Shown here piece by piece: positions 38,929 to 50,966 of a DNA stretch of 64,000 bases (its first letter is position 1; each line of letters starts with the position of its first letter). The stretch covers positions 734,142,001 through 734,206,000 of the forward strand of contig NW_027362764.1 of assembly GCF_046119375.1 (NCBI RefSeq). Reading direction: 5' to 3'. The position numbers and the translations under genes are program-made. The notes below the pieces were generated by a model that worked only from the letters and a program-made list of their open reading frames with translations, did not search any database and was not told the DNA's origin. The stretch comes from Phyllobates terribilis. Taxonomy: Eukaryota.

Positions 38929-39389
38929 AGAAGTTGTCCACTACTTGGACAATTCCTTGTCATACCCCACACATTTGGCCCCGATAAAATAAAAAAACTT
39001 ATACTCACCTCCTGTGCTGGCGCCGTTTTAGCTGTGTCGACACTCGCGGTCCCGGGGTTCCTGTGAGGTTTTTGTGACAGGTGACCCCGGCACCCAATCC
39101 ACGCTGGCATCACTGTCCCCGCCTTCATACAAACTGAACAAGAAGAGAAAGTCAGCGATCAGCTGCAGCCTGGACTTCCTCTTCATGTTCAATTCGACAG
39201 AAGGCGGGGCCAGTGACAACGGCATTGATTGGGCGCCAGGCTCCACGTGTCAGACGGGAGCCCCAGGACTGTAAGTGCCGACACCGCTGGAACGACCGCC
39301 AGCACAGAAGTTGAGTATAGGTTTTTTTATTTTATCGGGGCCAAATATTTAGATCAAGAAGGGGTTTGACCTAGCACTGGACAACTCCT
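38929..39389. mobile_element. T2/Kolobok-type MITE
   Basis: TTAA flanks. TIR AGAAGTTGTCCA / TGGACAACTCCT. Palindromic interior. Confidence 0.8.
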
Positions 39390-41387
39390 TTAAGCTGCTT
39401 CAGCGACGCACACGATTGATGTCAATGACATCCGTCATCTTAACTCCGCATAGCCTGCTTGGAGGACCATGAAGCTGCAGGAGATGCGGAGTAAAAATTC
39501 AGATGAGGGTCTAGGATAGATGGGCATAATGTGATATATTTATTTTGTAATAAATATTAATTTTAATATTTAATTTTTATGCTTTGTTTTCTGAAAAGAC
39601 CTCAGAGCATAATAAACATCTTTTCAGATCAGTCGGGAAAATTTCGAATTGCACCAAATTTTTTTTTCAGATCAAATCTGCCCGAAACAGATTTCAGTAA
39701 ATTCGCTCATCTTTACTTATTGGCCTCCAGGGTCTGCACATTATTGGGACTAGGTTAGTCTTATTTATGCCTTCATCTTGATTAACTGGGCAATATGGGA
39801 AACTATATTATCGGCAGTCCTAGAATATACTCTACTGGGACCTCATACACAGATCTGTGTTATATAGGTCTAAAAAAACAATTCCTGACGACAGAGTATC
39901 ACAAAGTCCTTTTTTTTTTCCCCAGCCGGTCATCTGGTAACATTTATCTCAAGATATGTCGAGCCATAAGGAAAGGTAAAGAAAGACATCTGCACTTTTG
40001 GTCTAATGTAAATTAAATAGTGGTAGACATTCATGTCAAGGCTCTTTAAATCATAATCCAATTATTTAGTAAATAAAATATTAATTTATATGTCTCATTA
40101 TAATAGTAACATATAAAATATCATAATCATAAAAATCTAAAATAATATTCTTCCTGAATTCTCCAGGATTAGGCATCTGGCCTTTCTCTTAGTTACACCA
40201 GATATTTTCGTTGAAGCTCCAGCCTTCCAACCTGTACATCTTCACATCTGTTTCATTAATTACTTTCATATGATCATTAACGAGAACACCACTTTATGAC
40301 ACCATAAATCATTTTGGATAAATTAAGCAGTAATATGTGTTATATACATAAGGCAGAATTCCTTTAGGGGGGAAAAAAAAAAAAAAAGTCAATTTTTTTA
40401 TTTTTCATATTTGTTTTAATTTTTATTTTTTTTTTTTTTTTTCATATTTGTTTTAATTTTTTTAGTTTTTTTTTATTTTTGTGTGCGTTACTAAATAAAA
40501 TTCTGGAAAAAAAAAAAAACACATGTTGTCTTTTCCCCAACAGATTAACCTTCGCTCACTCTATTTCCATTTAGATGGATATTTTTTTTTTTCCACTCTC
40601 GACTTTGGTCGGCAAGTTACTCCACTAAAACGCTGCTGCAACCATTCTGAGCGAAAGATTAATGAGTAACCACAGATATATTTTTTTTTCCCGGCGAAAT
40701 ATGACAGTTCGTTTACATAATTAGGACTCCTTTTTCTGATGTCAAGTTAATTAAAATAAAATCTGCCTGGAAATTGCTCTTTTTTAGACGTAAAAACTAA
40801 ACACAGAGAGCTATATTCTATGTATTACTATTTTTTTTCCCTTTTTTGTTGCTTTGTAGAGAACAGTAATATTAGTGCCATCCCCTGGATACTGAGAGAC
40901 TGCATGTGGGATTTTATCAGGACCCTGAAGAAGAGTCATTGCGATGGCTTCTATTCATCGGGAAATATGTCAGACTAAGTGTTCAGGCTGCTTTTTAATT
41001 TACTCAATTTATCATGTCTTTGCTCCCCCAGAGGCTCCCAGAGAGGCATTTTTTTGACATGCTGAGAGAGTCAAATGCATGCTGGTTATCCTTTTGGCTG
41101 TGAAAAAAGAATCACTAACCACAAATATTATAGTAGAACTCATCCCAACAGGAATCGCACGGAGAAAATTATAAAGTTATTTCTCAATAAATACAGATAA
41201 ATTGCTTTAAAAGTTTTGTCTGTTGAAGATGAAAGTCGCAACTCCCACAAGAGGACTATGAACTCTTACACATGGACCAATAATTGGTGAAGAACGATCA
41301 TTCCCGATCATTGATCTGTGCAACTATGGCAGGTTGAGAAGAAAGTGGGGGAAAAGGTAATTCTTCTGCTGTCCTCCAGCTGGCAAG

Positions 41388-41949
41388 TGTCATGGGTGTG
41401 TCAGAGGTGACAGTAGCCCTGCAGTTGGTTTCAGGAGATCTCTACGTTTGGCATTACAGACATCTTCTTAGAGGCTGTCTCTAGGACCCAGCGGCTACCT
41501 TCCACTGGCTAATTAACACCCTGTCTGGGTGTATAAATACCTGCTGTGTTTCTGAGGGAGGTGCCGGCGATATTCATTACTACATGTGAAGGCTTTAGCA
41601 AGAGCAGTACTTCGTCCTCTCTGGAGCTTGAGGACGTGTGCGCATTTGTCTGGATTCGTCTAAAGCGAAGTTATTTCCCCTGTTTGTCCACCCTTGTTGT
41701 CTATAGTGTTTAGTGGAGATCGACTAGTGCTCATCTCCTCTTTTCCCTAGCCTTAGCCATACGCCAGGGAAAGACAGGGTGAGGCACGCATGCAGCGATT
41801 GGTGAAGAGCCAATAAATATGTTAGGGGAGACAGGGCGATGCTAGATCAACCTAGGAGGTCTCCACTTCCCCCCCTTTCCCTAGGGTCTGGGCTCTCTTT
41901 CCCTCTTCCCTTTGCGGTGCACTAAGTCTTTCCCGCACCTTGCGTGACA
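41388..41949 (+). mobile_element. Solo LTR, 562 bp, 5-bp TSD
   Basis: TGTCATG...CGTGACA termini. Perfect TSD GCAAG (41383-41387, 41950-41954). TATAAA at 41532 and AATAAA at 41812. Confidence 0.85.
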
Positions 41950-44575
41950 GCAAGACCACCCAACCGTTTGTAGGAGGCACTGCTCAATCATCAGTACGGG
42001 TTGGTTACCCTTTCAAGAATTGAATAACCTCTAATATTAATATCTGATAAATATGACTACTTTTCAGATCATCTACAAAATTCCAACATTTCAATGTCTC
42101 AAGACGGGACATTAAAAGAAGACCTTTCAATGAATTTTTAATTCAAATCAAGAACCTTCTCCAATTGGCGCTGCTCCACTGATTCTGGAACGGTTTTCTT
42201 TTTTCTCTATTCTAAAGGTATGCCCCTCCAGTAATAGAGGTGCAAATATCTTCTTCAACCAATTGGGTGCACACCAAAGAACTTCTCTGTGGGTGCGGCT
42301 GTGTTTTGATTGGCCAATATAATAAAAAATGCCCACAGAGAAGTTGTCCGGAATACGCCCAGCTGGTAAAGAGAAATTATGCTTCTTAATTATGAAGGTG
42401 TAACTTTGGAACAGAAGGGCACAAAGGAAAGAAAAGAAACGCTGTTTCAGAATGAGTGAAACAACAGCAATTGGAGGCGATACTAAAGTTTTCATTAAAA
42501 TCCCGTTAAAGGTCTTTAAGCGAGGCTGCCTCCTGGTTTATACAGGCCCTTGGGGAACAGAGTCCCAATGGGCCCATCTTTGCTTTAATTTTTCCTCTTT
42601 GTCTTGCAAGAGCTATTTTTTTTTTGGGGGGGGGGTTGATGGCATTAATTGAAGACTTCATTATTAGTATCATTATGGGGTCATACGAGTTTTGAATCTC
42701 TATCATCTTTTATTTATTTTTTTGGTTGGTTGTCACTTTGATATTTTTTTGGTCTCATTTAAATGTTCACCATATGGGATAAGTATAATGATAATTAATT
42801 ATTAGGAGAGTTATACTTGTGCCAATACAAATTTGTTAATTTTTTTTTTGGGGGGGGATTTTATTTTTCCGTAATTTTATAATTTTTTTAAATACTTTCC
42901 ATTGTTTTTTTTATTTTATTTTTTATTTATTTACCAAGGGAACTTTAAAATGCTATCACTTTTACAATACACTGCAATACGATAATAGTGCAGTGTATTT
43001 TAAAACTACCAATCTCTTATGACGCCTCAAACATAGCATGCCTGTGGTCCTTTGGTTGGCCCCTAGCCACCATGGCAATGCCAACAGCATCCCGTAACTG
43101 CTTTATGCAGAAAGGGAAGCGTGATAGGAATTACAAGAGACCCCTTCCCCCATTTCCAACTTTTTAAATGCAGTTGTCTCAATTTATGGTGGCATCAAAG
43201 GGATTAAAATGCTGTAATCACATCTAGCGCTGATCGCAGAAGTTATAGTCCGATGCTGGCTGTGTAACACATCTGGAACCCATGTTGTTTGGTGCGGAAG
43301 CCATACATGCAGCGAGCACATCTACCAAACATATACTGCACGTTGACAATGTAGATCTGGGCCAAGTGTGACTCCTAGATGTAGTGGGCCCTGACACTTG
43401 CCCAAATTTTACAGGTGCCGATGACGACCCTGCTTTTAATCCTCGCCTCCTAATTTTTGGACAGGGATTACATAGCTGAGCTGAATTATCATTTTGAATA
43501 ACAAGATTCAACAGCGTATTAAAACATTAAAGAGGAAGTTAATTTAATTTCAGAACAATTTACGCTACAGATTTCCAGTGTGGATTTCACTGAATGCAAA
43601 GCATGGGGTAAAATTTGTGGCAAATCTGCGTTTTCTGAGACAAAATCCACACAATTTGGTGCAGACTTTGCCTATGAGGATCAGTCACATGAAGATGTTC
43701 CTTAATGCATTCTCTATTAATTATCACAGAACATTCACAAATTCAACTCTACTAAAGTCTGACACATCATGAGATTAAAAGTCCCTTTAAACAACAGCGG
43801 TTGGGTCCAAACTCTCAGACCAGATCCAGCACATGACCAGTCATGTAAGAAATCATACCAGCTGGTTTCCATGGATCGTACGTATCAGGTATTAAATGCA
43901 AACATTAGATTATTGCAGATAAAACATGATTTTGGCTGGAGACACCGTTGTCTTGTTCGGAATGGCCAGGATTATTTTTCAAACTCTTGGCCTGATAGTT
44001 ATTTCTGTCTATGCCAAATGATACTCAGGATAAAGGTTTTCCAGCAAACTACTGAAATGTCAGCAATGACTCAAAAGCGGCTGATTTAGGATGAGCGTAA
44101 TTTGGATTTAGACTATAATAAAATACACATTTTTTTCCATCTGTTATACTGCAAGAAACATCATCTGTTACAGGGCGGTCAAGTCAGTGTTCTGGTACAC
44201 GGATGTAAATTGGGCAATAGGGCCCTGAAATGACGATTCCATGCCATTTGGCAGGCAAATGCGTTACTAAAGGGTCTACATGGCATATTGTGAATGCCCT
44301 CTTTTACCCTCTGTGATATAACAGATGGATCCCCATCACCTGGTTTATATCTACTGTCAGATACATATTTATGAGCATATTTTAAGTTATTTCAGTTTTA
44401 GCTCATTGTATGTAGCAAATCGTACATTAATTTACAGACTAATACTTTGTATGGAGCATTAAGCGTCATCAATATGAAACCCTCCAAAAACACAAAAATT
44501 ATGGGTAATAAAGATTGTGATTTTTGGCAAAGAGGTTGACTTGTTCCCAAAGCATACAATGTAATTCTACATTAA

Positions 44576-45134
44576 AGAAGTTGTATGCTACTTTATATTA
44601 CCCCCCTATGTATCCCCCCCAGGTCCCTAAGATTTTTGTAAATATCTTCTGTTGCAGATAATGCCTGTGAGCAGCGCTATCGGTGGCCGCTCACAGGCAT
44701 CACGTGACCCAATGCTGACGTCACAACAAGTGAGGCGTGACTCAGCGCTGGGGTCCCCGTGGTGGCTGCTGGGTTGTGGGAGGGGATACTGCCCATGTCA
44801 CACCCAGCATCCACCGCGCGCTTTCCCAATGAATGGGGAGAGGCAGAGCGCGCGGTGGATGCTGGGTGTGACGCGGGGGGTGGGAACCCCACCCACAGCC
44901 TGGCATCCACCTGGAATGCGGAACAAAAAGACCCCCGGCTGCTGCCAGCACTTGTCGTGACATCAGCGGATGTCAGAGCCGGCTGCAGCCGGGGGTCATG
45001 TGATGCCTGTGAGCGGCCAGTGAAAGCGCCGCTCACAGGCATCATCTGTAACATAAGGTATTTACAAAAAGTCTTAGGGCCCTTGTGGGGATACATTGGG
45101 GGGGGGGGGTAATATAAAGTAGTGTACAACCCTT
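44576..45134. mobile_element. GC-rich palindromic T2/Kolobok-type MITE
   Basis: TTAA flanks. TIR AGAAGTTGTATGCTACTTTATATTACCCCCC / GGGGGGTAATATAAAGTAGTGTACAACCCT. Same family as 58660-59112. Confidence 0.85.
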
Positions 45135-45471
45135 TTAATAAAAGGGGTTAGGGCCAATGACAACACCTGATGAACCCGGGAAAATAAATTGTGACAGTGG
45201 CATGTAAGAATTTGGAAATGGAGTACAGGTGTCCTGTGACCCATTACACTCCCGCAACATGATTGGGCGGTACTGATTATATTATATATATATTCACATA
45301 TAGGAAAAAGAAAACAACAAAGCAGCATCAGTGCACCACTGCAGGTGCAAACGTCAGGATGCACTGGCAATCAGATCCCAAAATATAAGTAGCAGAATAG
45401 GAAGCACGTCCTTCGATAAAACTTAGAGAAATATTTATTGTCCAAGGTTGCTACGGTTCACCTATTTCTAA

Positions 45472-45505
45472 CTTGAGAAAGGCTCAATGTTAGAGACGAA
45501 CTATC
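45472..45505 (+). ncRNA. Degenerate hammerhead-like motif with U3-A8 core
   Basis: UUGAGAA-A-GGCUC-aauguua-GAGAC-GAAC (one A lost), followed by an AATAAG-type signal. A partial inverted copy of the downstream arm lies at about 45429-45458. Confidence 0.4.
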
Positions 45506-45803
45506 GCAAACTTTGGGCATGCAATAAGTATTTATTTTTTATGGTATATCACACTACAAAATCCTCCCACATATGTGGGTTTTTGATTGCAAAAAGATTT
45601 GTTATTCTGCACACTTAAAAAAGTAAATTTTCCTAACAAATTCATTCAAGACAATGTTGAAAAAATGGGTGCACCCCAATGAAAGTCTTAGGAGCAAAGA
45701 TAAAAGTTTAGATTACAAAACTCTAATGATCAAGAATTCAACCACAGTTGATGATAAAAGGCAGTTATGTAACAAAATCCCTTCCCAGTTCATGCTATCA
45801 GCA

Positions 45804-46596
45804 ATGGCACAACATGGAAGAGAAATGCCACAAGACCTGAGAAAGAAAAAAAATTCTTTACACAAGTAAGGTGAAGGCTAAAAGAAAAACAGAAAAGCTT
45901 TACTGATCAGTTAAAATACTGTACCAAATATGATGCAAAAATTTAACAAGGATGGAAAAGCAATTTCCTCACAGAGATATCCAGACCGATCACAGAAGTT
46001 AACACCTAAACAAGAGCGTCTTCTGATGAGAAGGGTTGAACAAATCAACATGCAAGTTCACTGTAGTTAGCTAAAGATGTAGAATGCCAAACCGGGGTGC
46101 GTGTTTTCCATGATTCAATGCAGCATACAGTATAGAGTAAAGGCATGCACAAAAAAAGCCTGCCTAGAATTTGGCAGAGCCCATGAAGACTACTGGGACG
46201 CTATCTAAAGTGATGAGACCATGATAAATGCTTCAGAAACTGATCGCTTCAAAACTGTATGGCGTCGCAAAGGTGAGGCGTTCAAAGAAAAATGCATGGT
46301 GCCTACAGTGAAACATGGTGGTGGCAGTATCCTTATGTGGGGCTCCATGTGTGCAGTTGGTGTAGGGGAGCTACATTTCATTGATGTACTACTCTATATT
46401 GAAAGAGAAGATGCTGTCATCACTCCGTGCCCTAGGTGGATGTGCACTTTTCCAACATGATAATGATACAAAACATATCTGTTGCATTTCTCAATAAGAA
46501 CAGTGTTAAAATGATTCAGTGGCCAAGTGTCTCATGATCTGACCCAACCAAACACCTATGGGGAATTCTGAAGAGACATGCTGCCATCACTCTCCA
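45804..46596 (+). pseudogene. Tc1 (DD34E-type) transposase pseudogene
   Basis: MAQHGREMPQDLRKK start, then SDET, VWRRKGEAFKEKCMVPTVKHGGGSILMWG, FQHDNDTKH, WPS and HLWGILKR motifs, with stops, frameshifts and deletions. Confidence 0.92.
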
Positions 46597-48088
46597 GTGG
46601 GCGGTCTGATTAGTCAATGGCAGCCTTCTTTGTTGAAGTATGTGTGCAGAATTAGCTGTCAATCAGTAATTAGGACTGCCCACTGAACTGCTCAGGTCCT
46701 TCTGCTTTGCAACCTGCTGACCATAGATTGAGATGCATATTTAGTGAGACAGGTTCCCTTTTTATTTGGCTTTGGCTGTTTTTTTCCCTGTTGTTTTTTT
46801 TATTTTTGTGTGAAGTATTGATACACAACTGATGGATCAACTGGTAACTAAGAACAGATGTTCACGTTTTATCCATTACATGGACATTCTGAATACATAA
46901 GTAAAATACGAATATTTACATCATTACACATCAGATTGAACGGAAATAAAAATATGCAGAAAGCAAACTTCTACTTGTTTAAAGGCATCAAGAGAAAAAT
47001 CAAAGTAAGGCTGCTTAAAACCAACGATGAATTAATCCAGCCTGACAGAAGAAGATAAAAACAGCAGCAGATTCCAACTATAATGAAAACTCCACTTTTC
47101 CTGAAAGCTACAAATAGTAAAGGCTATCAAAAGAGAAAAAGAAATCTGGAAATTTCGGAATTTCAATTTTCAGTTGTTTAACTCAGCTAATCTTCGGCGC
47201 TCCTACGACAATGAATGGTGAGGCCGTGCGCATACGATCGACCTTCTCTCCATACAACCGAGGATCGTTAGACTTCCAATTTTCGGGATCGGTGAAGGCC
47301 ACGATGATTGGAACCCCAGTGATCACAAGATTATCACCCTATCCTTTAGATATGAGAACTTTCAAACTTGAGAAGGCTCTTTTAATCAAAGTTGTCCAAA
47401 CACTATTGGTCACAACTTATTTATTGAAAAATGGTGGAATTTTTGAATACTGATCTAAAATACAGGGCCACCATAAGAGACAGGTGCCTCATCCAACAAT
47501 TCTAGAGTGCATAGACTGGCTTTTACTCCAACTTATAGAAGGCATTATAATAAAGCAGGCCCCTTCACACTAGACCCGCCTGACAGATTCATGGGTTACA
47601 TGTGTTGATTCTATTTTTATTTCATCCGAAAATTCCCCAGCAGAAATGAACCTCGAACTCTCTCTTGGTAAAACCTTAGTAAAATGATGCAGTGGTCAAG
47701 AGGTCAGCGACTATTTTACAGAAAAACAGCCAGAGAGAACCAGGTGGTAACAATTATCATTTGCCATTTGTTCCCCCCAGTATTTCCTCTAATTTCATCT
47801 CTGACAAGTTAAACTTTCCATGATGTGTTTTTAGTTAATGCACTAGTGTCCACCGAGGATGAAAATGCCACACAATGAACAATCAGAAAGCAGCAAGTTC
47901 TGGGAATGTAATTATTTCTCCTAAAAATACTACATGAGAAAATTGGTTAAATTAAATTAAAATTGGTTCAATTATTTTTTTTAAAAAAAACTAAATATAC
48001 TGTATATCAATGAAAATGGAAAATATGGTTGAACGAAGCTGCATGAGATGTACATTCATTAATACATAATAAAATAATCAACTATTAA

Positions 48089-48442
48089 AGGGAACCAGTC
48101 ACTCGATTCATGTTGACCGAAGCCACGGGCAGCATGAATCGGATCCTGGGTGCACAATTGCAGCCAGGTATGTTTTTGTCTAAAATGCTCCAACGAGTCA
48201 GAGGAAATGTAGTTTTGGACAGATTTTTTTCCTTTGCCCACATATGGGGGAGACCCATCAAGCACCTGGAGCTCGACTAGTCCCTTATCTGCCTCATAGT
48301 CCCTTGCCGGCTCTTCAAGCTATATATTTTCTGAAGCACCAAAGCGTTTCAAAGAAAAACATACCTGTCTGCAATCATGCAGCCAGGTTCTGATTCATGT
48401 TGCCTGTGGTTTGGGCAGCATGAATTGAGTGACCTGTACCCT
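48089..48442. mobile_element. T2/Kolobok-type MITE
   Basis: TTAA flanks. TIR AGGGAACCAGTCACTC / GAGTGACCTGTACCCT. Confidence 0.8.
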
Positions 48443-48801
48443 TTAAATATGTACCCCCAAAATAAATTAAAAAAAAGCTTCCAATGTCTTTTTCTATCAA
48501 AAAGTTTGGCCTCATGTACAAGACTAATGATTTATAATTTCTAAGGTGTCCATGTGATAGACATGTGTGTCAAACATCATATGGTGGCACAAGTAGTGGC
48601 TATGGATCCAAAAAATAAGGAAAGACCGAAACTCTCTACCATTTGGTAGCAATACCCTTACATGGTCAGTCCATTCCTCCATTACTGTGAAATCAGTGTT
48701 TGAATTAATATGCAAATGAGGCTGAAGTGCTATTTGTAGATCTGAAGCCTCTGTCACTCCAGGTCAGGTCTATTCCCTGCCCAGTCTCGCTTCCTGCTTA
48801 A

Positions 48802-49228
48802 AGGGGTTGTGCACTACTTTCACATTGATGCCCTATCTGTAGGATAGGGCATCGAAGTATAATCGGCCGGGGTCAGGCACCCGGCCCCCCCCCCCCGCCG
48901 ATCAGCTGTTATCGGTGTCAGCGGCGGTGGCCGCCGGCCGGAAGTCCTTACCTGCGGTGCTTGGCCGTCAAGTTGTAGTGGCCACCTTGGAGTACTGCAC
49001 ATCCGCCTCCTATTAAACAGAATAGGAGGCGGATGTGCAGTAACAAGTGCCGGCCACTGCAACTTGACGGCCAAGCACCGCAGGTAAGCACTTCCCACCG
49101 GCGGCCGCCGCTGCCGGCACCAATAACAGCTGATCGGCGGGGGTGCAGGGTGCGGGACCCCGGCCAATCATACATTGATGCCCTATCCTATGGAAAGGTC
49201 ATCAATGTGAAAGTAGTGGACAACCCCT
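48802..49228. mobile_element. T2/Kolobok-type palindromic MITE
   Basis: TTAA flanks. TIR AGGGGTTGTGCACTACTTTCACATTGATG / CATCAATGTGAAAGTAGTGGACAACCCCT. Confidence 0.9.
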
Positions 49229-49288
49229 TTAACTGTCAGCTCCTTTGCTCGAAGGTATACAGCATAGAGGCTGTCAGTCAAGCAGTAT

Positions 49289-49435
49289 NNNNNNNNNNNN
49301 NNNNNNNNNNNNNNNNNNNNNNNNNNNNNNNNNNNNNNNNNNNNNNNNNNNNNNNNNNNNNNNNNNNNNNNNNNNNNNNNNNNNNNNNNNNNNNNNNNNN
49401 NNNNNNNNNNNNNNNNNNNNNNNNNNNNNNNNNNN
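49289..49435. other. Assembly gap (147 N)
   Basis: Run of N characters. Confidence 1.
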
Positions 49436-49590
49436 ACACACCTTCTCATTTAAATTTTTCTGTATTTTCATGACTATGAAAATTGTACATTCACACTGAA
49501 GGCATCAAAACTATGAATTAACACATGTGGAATTATATACTTAACAAAAAAGTGTGAAACAACTGAAAATATGTCTTATATTCTAGGTTC
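49436..49590 (+). mobile_element. Tc1 left TIR fragment abutting the gap
   Basis: Reverse complement of the 31140-31336 Tc1 end, lacking its first ~21 nt. Confidence 0.75.
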
Positions 49591-50566
49591 TACACACACT
49601 TTATAGAAAAAATATTTGATAAATAAATTTAATATAAAACCTCATTTAAACAACAAGTCATTTTCTGATGACACATTTCTTTTAATATCTGCAATAATTG
49701 ATGTGTAATAAATTGGACCATTTATGGTAGATAAGCTATGCATTTCAGATGCACTAAAAAGTAGCAAAGTGACATTTCTGAGAAAGCTGAAAATCCTTAG
49801 TGCTGGCATTATCAGGCAGTCTAGACAGCAATCAGACAGACGTGAGTGAAGACGTTCAGAAAACAAATGGTTACTGTCAAACGTTACTGAGATGTTGGTG
49901 TATTCGTCATATATCCCGGGGTTATGTGTATAAACTGTTTCATCCAACCTGAAAAACCAGTTAACAGGAATCATGCGAAAGAGCTAAAATATGTCCATTC
50001 AATACACGTCACCTTTCATAAATCTCCTCTGCAAATCACTATTGACCATATTCCGGCTAATGCAATTCTATTGTTGTGCTGTGTTCTACTTTACGAAAGA
50101 AAAAACTAAACCGATCATGTAGCACTTTCTCCTCCAAGGCTCCTGGAATCCGCACTATACCTAGGAGATAGCGGGTGGGTGTGGACCAGGGTTAGAAGCC
50201 CTGACCGCCAATGTATTGCACCACAGCTTCCTTTAGACATCAAATAGCACATGAATGGCAGTTATCAGAAGTAACCACAGGGCCACATAGCAAAACATAA
50301 GAAGGGGCCACATTCTACCACCTCTGCTTTATTTCTTTCTCTTCTTCTTTAATTATTCACAATAAAAAGTAACTGAAAAAGTGATGCTTAGGGACACCGG
50401 TGATCGGTAATGGCACCTGTCATCAGTACAATGAATCTGTCTTCGGTAAAGGCACCGGACATCAATAAAAGCACCTGCCAGCAGTAAATGCCCCTGTCTT
50501 TGGTAATAGCACCAGTGATCAGAACAGGAATGGCACCAATTCTCAACATCTACTCCAGTGGTCTTC

Positions 50567-50727
50567 ACAGCCCCGGCACGAGTGATGTGCACAGCCCCGG
50601 CACGGGTGAGGTGCACAGCCCCGGCACAAGTGAGGTGCGCAGCCCCGGCACAAGTGAGGTGCGCAGCCCCGGCACAAGTGAGGTGCGCAGCCCCGGCACA
50701 AGTGAGGTGCGCAGCCACGGCACAAGT
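50567..50727. repeat. 24-bp minisatellite x ~7
   Basis: Unit GCAGCCCCGGCACAAGTGAGGTGC. Related degenerate units recur at about 51078-51120. Confidence 0.92.
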
Positions 50728-50803
50728 CATGAGCCCAGTCCCAAGAAAGACTTGGCACTCGCTTCTTTACATAGATTGAAATATTTTATTGTTCATAGAA
50801 ATT

Positions 50804-50850
50804 CCAGATTCAAAACGTTTCGGTCAGTAAGACCTTCATCAGTCATCTGA
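50804..50850 (-). ncRNA. Minimal type I hammerhead ribozyme motif
   Basis: UCAGAUGA-CUGAUGA-A-GGUC-uuacu-GACC-GAAA-CGU-U-UUGAAUCUGG. Intact core, 4-bp stem II, palindromic ACGU stem III, bulged stem I. Confidence 0.75.
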
Positions 50851-50919
50851 TGACAAGTGTCTGAGCAGTGGATACTGCAGACACCTTTCCAGTGCTACCT
50901 GCTGCAGTGTAATCAACTC

Positions 50920-50966
50920 CCAGATGACTGATGAAGGTTTTACTGACCGAAACGTTTTGAATCTGG
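50920..50966 (+). ncRNA. Minimal type I hammerhead ribozyme motif
   Basis: CCAGAUGA-CUGAUGA-A-GGUU-uuacu-GACC-GAAA-CGU-U-UUGAAUCUGG. Core at 50928-50934, GAAA at 50949-50952. Stem II retained through a U-G wobble. Confidence 0.75.

Noticed and set aside
45164-45190. CTGATGAACCCGGGAAA as a hammerhead
   Set aside because: No stem II, stem III or stem I pairing around the core words.
50353-50850. ORFs with AGAAHLTC/EVRSPGTS repeats
   Set aside because: Translations of the 24-bp minisatellite.
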